Below are positions 41,654 through 50,429 of a DNA stretch of 64,000 bases, piece by piece. Position 1 is the stretch's first letter. Each line of letters begins with the position of its first letter. The position numbers and the translations under genes are program-made. This DNA is from Opitutales bacterium (GTDB lineage: Bacteria; Verrucomicrobiota; Verrucomicrobiia; Opitutales; PNEW01): positions 352,001 through 416,000 of the forward strand of contig CBDANS010000006.1 in NCBI GenBank assembly GCA_965197745.1, written 5' to 3'. A model generated the notes under the pieces. It did not search any database and had not been told where the DNA came from. It worked only from the letters and a program-made list of their open reading frames with translations.

Positions 41654-41778
41654 ACTAGCTGAATGTCAGCAGAGGCACAGCCGCTCGGCTTCTTAATTCC
41701 TTTTGCCAATACCGCATCCTGGCATCACCCATATCACCCTCCCATGCGAAGCCAACGGGTTGCATTAAATAGCCATTA

Positions 41779-42234
41779 CTATTGGGCGGTTATGGTGATA
41801 ATTTTAGGATCAGAATCGAGAATGAATTTGGCGTCCTCAAAGTCCGGTGGACTAAACAGTGGTTTGGCATCATTAGAGAATCCGTAGCGTTCTCTGAAAA
41901 TTATAAACAACAGCCCTTTATTAAATTTGTCGTCATTGTTTTCGTCATGAAAAAGGGCAATCGCGTATTCATCCCGAGGGAGTTCAGTAAATTGTGCTAT
42001 TGCTTTTTTCTCGCTGGGTTTAATGACCCTACTTCGAAATTCTTTGCCCCTCATGCAAAAAGTATCACTGGAATTATAGAGCGCTATTCTCACTGAACCA
42101 TTATTATTTTTTAATCTGAGGACATTAATTTTATTTGTCCCGTTTTTCATCTCTGGTCTCTTTGCCTCTTCACTTGAAAGCATGCAGTTCACACTTACTA
42201 AACTTAAAACTATTTGGATGAGGATTTTTCGCAT
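41779..42234 (-). CDS. DUF2141-family protein
   Basis: GSVRIALYNS, YAIALFHDEN, ERYGFSNDA, PPDFEDAKF. Confidence 0.8.
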   Translation of the reverse strand: MRKILIQIVLSLVSVNCMLSSEEAKRPEMKNGTNKINVLRLKNNNGSVRIALYNSSDTFCMRGKEFRSRVIKPSEKKAIAQFTELPRDEYAIALFHDENNDDKFNKGLLFIIFRERYGFSNDAKPLFSPPDFEDAKFILDSDPKIITITAQ

Positions 42235-42379
42235 AGGGGAAGCAAGCAATTGCACTGGGAAATCAAAGAGGGACGATTTAAATGTCAATCTAATGTGAAA
42301 ATAAGCTATCGACGTTTGACATTATTTATTCTTGCTCAAACCATTCTTCTCGATGGAAATTACATTTTGATGAGGTAAA

Positions 42380-43132
42380 ATGTGGACACGAGAACAGCTG
42401 AAAGAATACTCTGAAACCGGGTTTTTATTGATACCCGGAATGTTAAAGTTCGATGAGACGGCGGAGCTAAATGATGCGGTTACCCTCTTAATGGATGGAA
42501 AAGATGAGGAAGACCACATGCACCGTGAAAGGGAAAAAACCGGAGTGGTCCGTCAGGTCTACCTCGCACATCGCTATAACGATGCTTATAGAAATTTAAT
42601 TAAACATCCTGAAATCCTCGCGCCCGTAAAACAGATTATACAGGATGATGTCTATATCTGGCATAGTAAGCTCAATGCGAAGGAAGCATTTGAGGGTGCC
42701 GTCTGGTTATGGCATCAGGACTACGGCTACTGGATGTGGGATGGAGTCGATCCGAAACTGATTTCGGTTATGATATTTCTCGATGAAGCGACCGTCAACA
42801 ACGGCTGTCTTATGGTCATCTCAGGTTCTCATCATTGGGGCCGACAGGAACATTATGCCGATACGATTACTACCAGTTATAAACAGTGGTGTATCGACCG
42901 GGAGACGCTCATGCAAAAGGTAAAAGAAGAAAACATTCGTCAAATCACAGGAGTCCCTGGTGACGTCCTCTTCTTTGATTGTAATATTGCGCACGGGTCA
43001 GGGCACAATATGTCTCCTCTCCCCCGTAAATCATTTATCATTGCCTACAATAGTATTGAAAATAAACCGAGACCTGTTGACAACCCGCGTCCTGATTGGG
43101 TTGTGTCACGCCAGTTCGATATTGTAAAATAA
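42380..43132 (+). CDS. PhyH-family dioxygenase (ectoine/proline hydroxylase-like)
   Basis: SKLNAK, WLWHQDYGYW, NGCLMVISGSH, HGSGHNMSP-PR. Confidence 0.85.
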   Translation: MWTREQLKEYSETGFLLIPGMLKFDETAELNDAVTLLMDGKDEEDHMHREREKTGVVRQVYLAHRYNDAYRNLIKHPEILAPVKQIIQDDVYIWHSKLNAKEAFEGAVWLWHQDYGYWMWDGVDPKLISVMIFLDEATVNNGCLMVISGSHHWGRQEHYADTITTSYKQWCIDRETLMQKVKEENIRQITGVPGDVLFFDCNIAHGSGHNMSPLPRKSFIIAYNSIENKPRPVDNPRPDWVVSRQFDIVK

Positions 43133-43194
43133 TGGGTCCGTTGGCATTTTGCAAAATACTGAACATTATATTAACTCTATAAATCGAAACTCTC

Positions 43195-44061
43195 ATGGAT
43201 AAGAAAGTCCTTACTCCTGAAGAGATGGCTTTTATTGAAAATTTTGGCTATCTCACTTTTCCCGGATTATTTAAAGATGATATCGATAAGATTATTGCCG
43301 AATTCGAAATGGTGTGGACTAATCACGGTGGAGGGCATGATGGCAAACCCCATGAAGGGACGGAGCGCTCATGCATTCTCCCCTTTATTGATCAGCGTGA
43401 ATATCTTTCCTCACTATTGGATGATCCACGAATAGACGGTATTATGACCAGCCTGCTCGGTGAAGACTACAACTATGACGGGAGCGATGGAAATTATTAT
43501 GTGGGCAATACTGCCTGGCACTCTGATGGTGGGTTCTTCGAGTGCAAAAGAGTAGCTAAGTGGTATAAATTAGCATTCTACCTCGACCCACTGACACGCG
43601 ATACAGGCGCATTGCGGGTAATTCCGGGAAGCCATAAACTTAATGACAGTTACGCGGAGACCTTGGAGCAGGAAGTGAAAAATTCAGTACGAACGGACGA
43701 GCAAATACTATTTGGAGTGAAGGGGAAAGAGATACCCGCCGCTGCCCTGGAGACAAATCCAGGTGATATCGCAATATTCAATCACTGCACCAAGCATGGC
43801 AGTTGGGGAGGTGGAAAAAGAAGGCGCATGTTTACGATCAATTATTCAAGCAGGTATAAACCTGAACATTTACATCATCTTCGGGAGGAAATCAGTAAAC
43901 ACGCCCGTTTCTGGAAAGATTCAGTCTATGGTGAGGTGATGCTGAAAACAGCAGGTCCTGAGAGGATGCGACATCTTGAGCAAGTTCTCGCCAATCAGGA
44001 CCATCTCCCTGAAGCGGTTCGCAAAGCCAAGGAGACAATGACTGAACCTTCGCGTGGGTGA
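43195..44061 (+). CDS. PhyH-family dioxygenase
   Basis: WHSD, GALRVIPGSH, PGD...HGS...RR. Confidence 0.85.
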   Translation: MDKKVLTPEEMAFIENFGYLTFPGLFKDDIDKIIAEFEMVWTNHGGGHDGKPHEGTERSCILPFIDQREYLSSLLDDPRIDGIMTSLLGEDYNYDGSDGNYYVGNTAWHSDGGFFECKRVAKWYKLAFYLDPLTRDTGALRVIPGSHKLNDSYAETLEQEVKNSVRTDEQILFGVKGKEIPAAALETNPGDIAIFNHCTKHGSWGGGKRRRMFTINYSSRYKPEHLHHLREEISKHARFWKDSVYGEVMLKTAGPERMRHLEQVLANQDHLPEAVRKAKETMTEPSRG

Positions 44062-44113
44062 AACTACGGGTGATTCTTCAGGAACAAATCTATTTCGTAA
44101 TAGAAGATAGATT

Positions 44114-44956
44114 TTAATCCAAGCTGGAGAGATCTACGAGGCAAATGTGCCAACCGCCCAAACTGGCGACAAAAAGCTCATGATCATTGCGTAAGGCAAT
44201 GTTAGTCGGGTGGTTGAGCTTAGAATAAAGCTTATCCTCAACCAGGAGTTCTGCCTCTTTCTTATCATTAACAAGAAATATACGGTTAGGATCGAAACAG
44301 GTGATAAAGAGTTGTCCCTTAGTATTAATAGCGAGTCCATCGGGGACATGACCTTCAGTCATGCTGACATGAAGTCGCTTTGGCCCCGCGCTGCCGTCTT
44401 CATTAATAGGCACAGCCGTCACTCCTGGTAAATAGCTTTCAACCACATAGAGCGTATCACTGTCCAAGGACAACGCTATTCCATTAGCGACAATGCAATC
44501 TTCCTTCATCCATAGCTGACTTGCACCGGTAGCAAGATCAATTCGCCATACCCCCGGACCATTTTCCTGGCTGTTGGAAACATAAAGCGCGTTTCGCTCT
44601 TCATCTACCACCACGTAATTGGGAACGGTCATTTTCTCATCACCGTCACTGCCAACAAGACGATCTAACTCTTTCCCCATCTCATCAAATACGGTAACGC
44701 ACTCATGGCCCGTGTCGCAGACATAGATGCGCCGTTGAGAATCCATGGCCAAACCGAGATGGTAACCATCGGTTTTTGCCAACAGCTCAATCTCAGAGCC
44801 ATCCTTACTGATACGGTACAATTCACCATGCTCACCTCCGCACCATATATTACCATCCGGATCCACCATAATTCCTTCCGGATGGTTAAGACGGATTTTG
44901 GTGTAGCGGGCAAAATGAAAAATGCTGACCGAATCCAATTCGAGTAGTGGTTTCAT
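44114..44956 (-). CDS. SMP-30/gluconolactonase/LRE-family beta-propeller protein
   Basis: HPEG, PN, ANGIALS, PDGLA, PTNIA motifs. Confidence 0.85.
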   Translation of the reverse strand: MKPLLELDSVSIFHFARYTKIRLNHPEGIMVDPDGNIWCGGEHGELYRISKDGSEIELLAKTDGYHLGLAMDSQRRIYVCDTGHECVTVFDEMGKELDRLVGSDGDEKMTVPNYVVVDEERNALYVSNSQENGPGVWRIDLATGASQLWMKEDCIVANGIALSLDSDTLYVVESYLPGVTAVPINEDGSAGPKRLHVSMTEGHVPDGLAINTKGQLFITCFDPNRIFLVNDKKEAELLVEDKLYSKLNHPTNIALRNDHELFVASLGGWHICLVDLSSLD

Positions 44957-44979
44957 TAGCTATTAAATTAACGTGAAGA

Positions 44980-45756
44980 TTATTCTGTAAACCCTGGATT
45001 GATCGTAAGCCCTCCGTCAACCATAAGTTCCGCGCCGGTGACAAAACTTGAATCATCGGAGGCGAGAAAAAGAGCGACCCCGGCAACTTCATCGGGCTCC
45101 CCTATCCTCTCCATAGGATGCATGCTTTTCCAGGATTCCATGAGATTTTCTCCGCCGGGCTCCGCAATTAGCCTGGCATTCATCGGTGTGTTAATGGTCC
45201 CAGGGGAAATGCTATTTACCCGAATATTTTCTGGGGCAAATTCTTTCGCCAGCTGCCGGGTCATAGAAATGATGGCTCCTTTTGCCGCAGTGTAAGCACT
45301 AAAAGTATCAAGTCCTACATGTGCTGCTGCCGATGCAATATTAATAATCGACCCCCCATTTCCTTTTCGCATGTGCGGAATGACAAATTTACAACCGCGA
45401 TATACACTGGAGAGGTTTATATTAATTACCCTGTTCCAATCTTCCTCAGACATCTCCGTGATCGTAACGCCTAGAGCAATGGCTGCATTATTGCACATAA
45501 TGTCAATTTTACTGAAATGCTCTATTGTCTCATCGACCGCTTCGGAAACATTTTCAGAAATTCCAACATCGCAAGTAATGGGTCGCACTTCACCACCGCG
45601 TGACTGTATGGATTTTGCTTCTTCTGCACATTTTTCTTCCTGAATATCGATCATCGCGATCTTCGCTCCTTCTCGGGCAAAGCGCTGGGCGATGGCTAAA
45701 CCAATGCCGTCAGCGGCACCGGTGACAACCGCAACCTTATCCTTTAATTTCCCCAT
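44980..45756 (-). CDS. SDR-family oxidoreductase
   Basis: TGAADGIG, NNAA, YTAAK, IRVNSISPG, VDGG. Confidence 0.92.
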   Translation of the reverse strand: MGKLKDKVAVVTGAADGIGLAIAQRFAREGAKIAMIDIQEEKCAEEAKSIQSRGGEVRPITCDVGISENVSEAVDETIEHFSKIDIMCNNAAIALGVTITEMSEEDWNRVININLSSVYRGCKFVIPHMRKGNGGSIINIASAAAHVGLDTFSAYTAAKGAIISMTRQLAKEFAPENIRVNSISPGTINTPMNARLIAEPGGENLMESWKSMHPMERIGEPDEVAGVALFLASDDSSFVTGAELMVDGGLTINPGFTE

Positions 45757-45917
45757 ACCTGATCCTGAAAATGAAGTAAATCGGGTGTCAAGGATTATGC
45801 GGATAGGCAATTGAACTGATCATTATAAATTTAATTATAAATATCCCCATCGACGAATTGCTTTGTCCTGAAAGGTCACACCGGGCTAATATACAAGCCG
45901 AACGATAACCGATCTTT

Positions 45918-46358
45918 ATGGAACAGGTAATTGTCATTAGGCACCCCAAAGAGCGTAAGAGTAAATGTAGTCTTGCTCCTCTGCACAATCACCGGGGAAT
46001 TACTTTTCATAACGCGCACAAGAATTTTCGTTTTGATGCCACAGGATATATTCTCCTCACCCTAAACGCGCCCCCATTATCAGCCCTGGATGCTGGGCAT
46101 CCATTCATCATCCTGGACAGCACATGGCATTTGATTCCGCAGCTCGAAACCTGCATAGAAGGAGAACCGATACGCCGCTCCCTCCCCCCTAAAATTAAAA
46201 CAGCCTATCCGCGTATCAGTAAAATTTATGAAGATCCAGAAGGAGGTCTGGCCTCTATTGAAGCGCTCTATGTTGCCATGAAAATTGTTGGAAAAGACAA
46301 TCTATCGCTGCTCGATGGGTATCATTGGAAAGAGCAGTTTCTCAGGGGACTGACTTAA
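45918..46358 (+). CDS. Tsr3/DTW-like putative aminocarboxypropyltransferase
   Basis: HPKERKSKCS, ILDSTW, RSLP, LASIEALY, YHWKEQFL. Confidence 0.65.
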   Translation: MEQVIVIRHPKERKSKCSLAPLHNHRGITFHNAHKNFRFDATGYILLTLNAPPLSALDAGHPFIILDSTWHLIPQLETCIEGEPIRRSLPPKIKTAYPRISKIYEDPEGGLASIEALYVAMKIVGKDNLSLLDGYHWKEQFLRGLT

Positions 46359-46389
46359 CCCTGTAATACCGATTAATCTATTTGCCCCC

Positions 46390-46884
46390 ATGAAACTCTA
46401 TCTATTAAGACACGCGGAAGCCCAATCAACATATCCCGATGAAGAGCGTGTTTTGACCGAGAGAGGGAGAAAAACAGTAATGGATTTGGCGAAATTTTTA
46501 AAAGAACCGGATGTTGTCACTATCGATGAAATCCGCCACAGCAAACTTGTCCGCACCGGTGAAACAGCCGAGTTATTAAGCACTGAGATGAATCTCAATG
46601 TGCCCGTGAATAAAGTAAATGGACTTGCTCCGACGGAAGATGTGCCCTCACTAGTCGATCATCTTCAAAATGAAGAAATAAATTTAATGCTCGTAGGGCA
46701 TTTACCGCAACTGGCAATCCTTGCTTCCCAACTGGTAAGAGGGGATGGAGGACCTGTTGTCTTTAATTTGAATACTTGCGGGCTGATCGCATTGGAACGC
46801 TATGAGAGCCACTCAAGTATAGAGAGCGACAATCCGCTGTGGATTGTGCAATGGATGCTCGACGCTCAATTATACTCCCGGTAA
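46390..46884 (+). CDS. sixA: Phosphohistidine phosphatase SixA
   Basis: LYLLRHAEA, D-ERVLT-RG, HS-LVR-ETA, MLVGHLP. Confidence 0.88.
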   Translation: MKLYLLRHAEAQSTYPDEERVLTERGRKTVMDLAKFLKEPDVVTIDEIRHSKLVRTGETAELLSTEMNLNVPVNKVNGLAPTEDVPSLVDHLQNEEINLMLVGHLPQLAILASQLVRGDGGPVVFNLNTCGLIALERYESHSSIESDNPLWIVQWMLDAQLYSR

Positions 46885-46927
46885 AAAGGAACTACAGTGT
46901 AACTATCACTTCAATTCGCACGTTTAA

Positions 46928-47737
46928 TTAAACGGACGCCGGTAAAAGATCGGTATTCAAACCTCGATTCATTATATCATTACCGCGCACGAGGTAATAT
47001 ATTCGAGGGAAATCACTGTTATCACGGTAATCCTGATAGGTCTTTTCTACCATTTCATCTTCCGCGCCCATATAACGCAGGACCAGAACACGGCGCCATC
47101 GGTTTGAATTATTGGGCACTGAGTTATGGGGAGTCATCGTATCGTGGACACACATTTGCCCGGCACTTACTTTGTATTGCACCTTCACTTCATCAATTTT
47201 TTCCGGCAATACCGCGGGATCTATTTCCTCCGAAAAGAATTTTTCGCCTCCATAAAGTCTTTTCAGGGTGCCTTTATTATGCCACCCCGGGATGATGGAC
47301 ATCGCTCCATTATCTTCATCGATATCATCAAAGGCGATCCATACACCGCCAGAAAGATTCTTTGATACATTCCAGTAGGGAGCGTCCTGATGCCAGGGAA
47401 TAGCCTCCCCCGTATGGGGTTGTTTGCAAAATAAATGAGAGGACCAGAAGACAACGTTGGGACCGACTTGCTTTTCGAGGAGGTCTAACAATTTTGGCTC
47501 TGTAGCCAGATCAATCATCCATTGCGCTCCCAGTTGATGCGCGGATACAATCATATGTGTCGGGAGTTCATCACAGACCAGCGCGGTCATCGGATCGATG
47601 TGTTCTCGGCTATATGCAAGCGCTTCATCAGTCAAAAATTTATCGCAGATGTGATACCCTTCTTCAATATAATGCGCATGTTCTACATCTCCATAATGGA
47701 AATCCTCGTGAATCATGGTAGAAGGTTTATTGGCCAT
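46928..47737 (-). CDS. PhyH-family dioxygenase
   Basis: FCKQP, PWHQDAPYW, NGAMSIIPGWH, PHNS-PN-S-RWRR. Confidence 0.87.
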   Translation of the reverse strand: MANKPSTMIHEDFHYGDVEHAHYIEEGYHICDKFLTDEALAYSREHIDPMTALVCDELPTHMIVSAHQLGAQWMIDLATEPKLLDLLEKQVGPNVVFWSSHLFCKQPHTGEAIPWHQDAPYWNVSKNLSGGVWIAFDDIDEDNGAMSIIPGWHNKGTLKRLYGGEKFFSEEIDPAVLPEKIDEVKVQYKVSAGQMCVHDTMTPHNSVPNNSNRWRRVLVLRYMGAEDEMVEKTYQDYRDNSDFPRIYYLVRGNDIMNRGLNTDLLPASV

Positions 47738-47903
47738 CTCTATATCCTTATTTAATATACTGATTTTTAATTATGAATGAATGGAATAATAGTGCTTTTA
47801 AAGATATAAAATGTCAATCACCTGTCGCATCTGTCCTGATGAATTTGATTACTTTTTCCTTCGTAAATAGATAATGCGCTCAGTCGTCATCATTATTCAA
47901 ATA

Positions 47904-47928
47904 CGGCCATGACGAAGCGTAGCCCTCC
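47904..47928. repeat. REP-like palindrome
   Basis: CGGCCATGACGAAGCGTAGCCCTCC, inverse near-copy of 50219-50243. Confidence 0.6.
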
Positions 47929-47964
47929 AGAAGTCCGATTGAATTTGGTGACTGATAATATTTA

Positions 47965-49896
47965 TTATTGAGAATTCTCAACAACAATTATGAATACCTC
48001 ATCACCGCTTTCATTGACAAACTCAGCATTGATGTTACGCGCAGGTTGCAATGTATTATCTGATTTTATATTACGCTGCGAGATTAATGAATCGAACCCC
48101 CCTTTTATAATTTCCCGTGGCGCTACGATAATAGATTTACCATTGGTTTGAGCAAGATCACCACCGGTAATCCTCAAGCCAGGGTAAGCAGCGTTAACGG
48201 TAAAAGACCGGTCGCTAAAGAGGATGTATGGTGTCGCTTCTTCTCTAGCGTCGATTTCGCCAATAAGAACGCGTACCGCTACTTCAACTCCAGGCGCGAA
48301 AAATCCGACCCTGCCGATGTCGTTTGAAAATCGTGCATTGGCACTGTGGATACCGCCAACGATTTTAGAATTTAATACTTCGATTAATGAAATATCCGCA
48401 ACGGCATCATAATTTTCACCAGGCATGAATATTGTCTGATCTTCGGCATTAATGGGCCCCACCGTAAAGATGCTAAGATAGGTCGATGCATCAACGTTCG
48501 AAAGGACCACATGGGGGTGACCTTTAACGTAGGCAATGTCCTGGTTGTACTTTAGAGGCAATGCCGGACCTTGAAAGGTATCGGGATTCAGATTGATTGT
48601 AACGGTACCTGAACCCGAAAATTCAACCTGAACAATATCATCGTTGATATCAATAAATGATGCCCGCGTAATCTGACCATTATCTGCCCGCAGCGTCACC
48701 TTTTCCCCGGTGATTAAAACCTGGTCAATTATATATCCGTTAGGGTGGAGGATATTGGCACCCACAATTTCACCGGAACCGGTAATCACTACTTCATCTG
48801 GAATGTTGTGTTGATCAGACTCAGTGATTGGGGTGAAACCGAAATCATCAATTGTGTTATAATTAAAAAAGAGAACCAGTGAATTTTGTGGGTTATTAAT
48901 ATATACAATTTTACCGATCCCATCGGGCGCTCCTAAATCTATGGCATTAATATCATAAAATGGGATGGGATCTTTGCTTGCCTCAATAGAAATGTCATTC
49001 GGGATTTTAGTCGATATACCAATGAGGTTATCATTAGTATCAAAGACCCTGATCTCGCCATCATCTTTATCATAGACGGATGCGTAAAATTGAACCTGTG
49101 CGGCGGGGGTTTCAAAAGTTATTGTCCCGGAAGTGCCGTTATAGACACCCCACGCCGCCTCGGAGAGCAGAGTATCCCCAAATGGAAAGGTATGATTAAA
49201 TGTCCTTGATAAGCCAATAGTTCGCGCCAGACCTCCGGTAAAGGTAACTGAAATGGGTGATTCACCCAAAGTGAAATTTTCTGGATCTGTAAACTGCGGA
49301 TCTGTAAACAGATTTTCAAAATCTTCATACAGAGTGTTGTTGGGCGGCCCATCCACATAGGAAAAACCCAGATCATCGAGGGCAATTTGACCTGATACAT
49401 CCTTAATCGTTATAGTTTTAATACCGTTGGTAAAATTTAGATCATGGCCATCGTCTAAATCACCGCTATAGGCGATATAACTGTGTAAGACAGGATTAAC
49501 CTGGGGACTGATGCTCGTAGGCAAGTTTACTGCGACTCCATTTTTATGCAGGATAAAGGCATTCTTATCTCTAAGTTCAATCCTTCCCTCTCCACTGGTC
49601 TCGGCGGCGTAGAACTGAAGTAAATTTACTCCTCTCTCAAATATGACTTTGCCCTCTTCACCCGCTTCAAGGATCAATGCATTCGAACCTGAATGCGAGA
49701 GGTCAGGATCATTCGTTGACTGCAAAGTAAAACCAATAAAACGCACCGTGTTGGGCGATTGGCCGATGACAAAGTCATCTTCTCCCGTAATGTTCTCAAA
49801 ATCAATGAACACGTCGAGGTCTTCAGGCACACTCCACAACACAACCGCTAAATTGAAAGATAATAATATCGCGACAATATATTTTAAATTTATCAT
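47965..49896 (-). CDS. Secreted hypothetical protein: two internal beta-rich modules plus a conserved C-terminal domain
   Basis: Signal peptide; repeated DFE...QFYA...DD(L/F)GF modules; C-terminal domain HPNG...DQVL shared with 50430-52676. Confidence 0.8.
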   Translation of the reverse strand: MINLKYIVAILLSFNLAVVLWSVPEDLDVFIDFENITGEDDFVIGQSPNTVRFIGFTLQSTNDPDLSHSGSNALILEAGEEGKVIFERGVNLLQFYAAETSGEGRIELRDKNAFILHKNGVAVNLPTSISPQVNPVLHSYIAYSGDLDDGHDLNFTNGIKTITIKDVSGQIALDDLGFSYVDGPPNNTLYEDFENLFTDPQFTDPENFTLGESPISVTFTGGLARTIGLSRTFNHTFPFGDTLLSEAAWGVYNGTSGTITFETPAAQVQFYASVYDKDDGEIRVFDTNDNLIGISTKIPNDISIEASKDPIPFYDINAIDLGAPDGIGKIVYINNPQNSLVLFFNYNTIDDFGFTPITESDQHNIPDEVVITGSGEIVGANILHPNGYIIDQVLITGEKVTLRADNGQITRASFIDINDDIVQVEFSGSGTVTINLNPDTFQGPALPLKYNQDIAYVKGHPHVVLSNVDASTYLSIFTVGPINAEDQTIFMPGENYDAVADISLIEVLNSKIVGGIHSANARFSNDIGRVGFFAPGVEVAVRVLIGEIDAREEATPYILFSDRSFTVNAAYPGLRITGGDLAQTNGKSIIVAPREIIKGGFDSLISQRNIKSDNTLQPARNINAEFVNESGDEVFIIVVENSQ

Positions 49897-50097
49897 TGGG
49901 CTGGAATTAAGGTTAATGTATAAGTCCCAATAAACCTGTCAATTGTTCCAACCTGAATGATTTAATAAAGTTATAATTGTTAAGCTGTGAACCGTTTTCA
50001 GTGTACAGTTTTCAGCCTACAAACCCAATCATCCGAAACCGCAGATTTCTTACTCAATCGTGATCTCACAGACAGCTGCCTGATTTAGTAAAAGACC

Positions 50098-50410
50098 GGT
50101 GGAGCGGGCTGTCCCAGTCCACTTTATAGTTCTTAATTAACTATAATATAAACACGGACGCGACGACGCGCGTCCCTCCATCATTCTTATGTTCTCATAA
50201 TAATGATTATATTTCCCCGGAAGGCCACGCGTCGTCATGGCCGAAAATAATTAATTTGGACGACGGAGAACTAGACGAAGATTATTGCATGCCTGGAGGA
50301 CCACGCGGTGCCTGTCAGTCATAGCCCAGCGGCCGACAGTCACCCACGCGTTCCACCTAACACTTAAAACCCATGGCACGCCATAGTCCCGCACCCGCGG
50401 GACGACGGCG
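50098..50410. repeat. Cluster of REP-like GC-rich palindromes
   Basis: CGGACGCGACGACGCGCGTCCCTCC (50155-50179) and GGAAGGCCACGCGTCGTCATGGCCG (50219-50243) in inverted orientation, plus further degenerate copies. Confidence 0.65.
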
Positions 50411-50429
50411 GCTAAAACTGATCGATATA

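Noticed and set aside
42380..43132. Calling the gene ectD
   Set aside because: Has WHQDYGYW rather than the EctD signature WHSDFETWH, and no ectABC nearby
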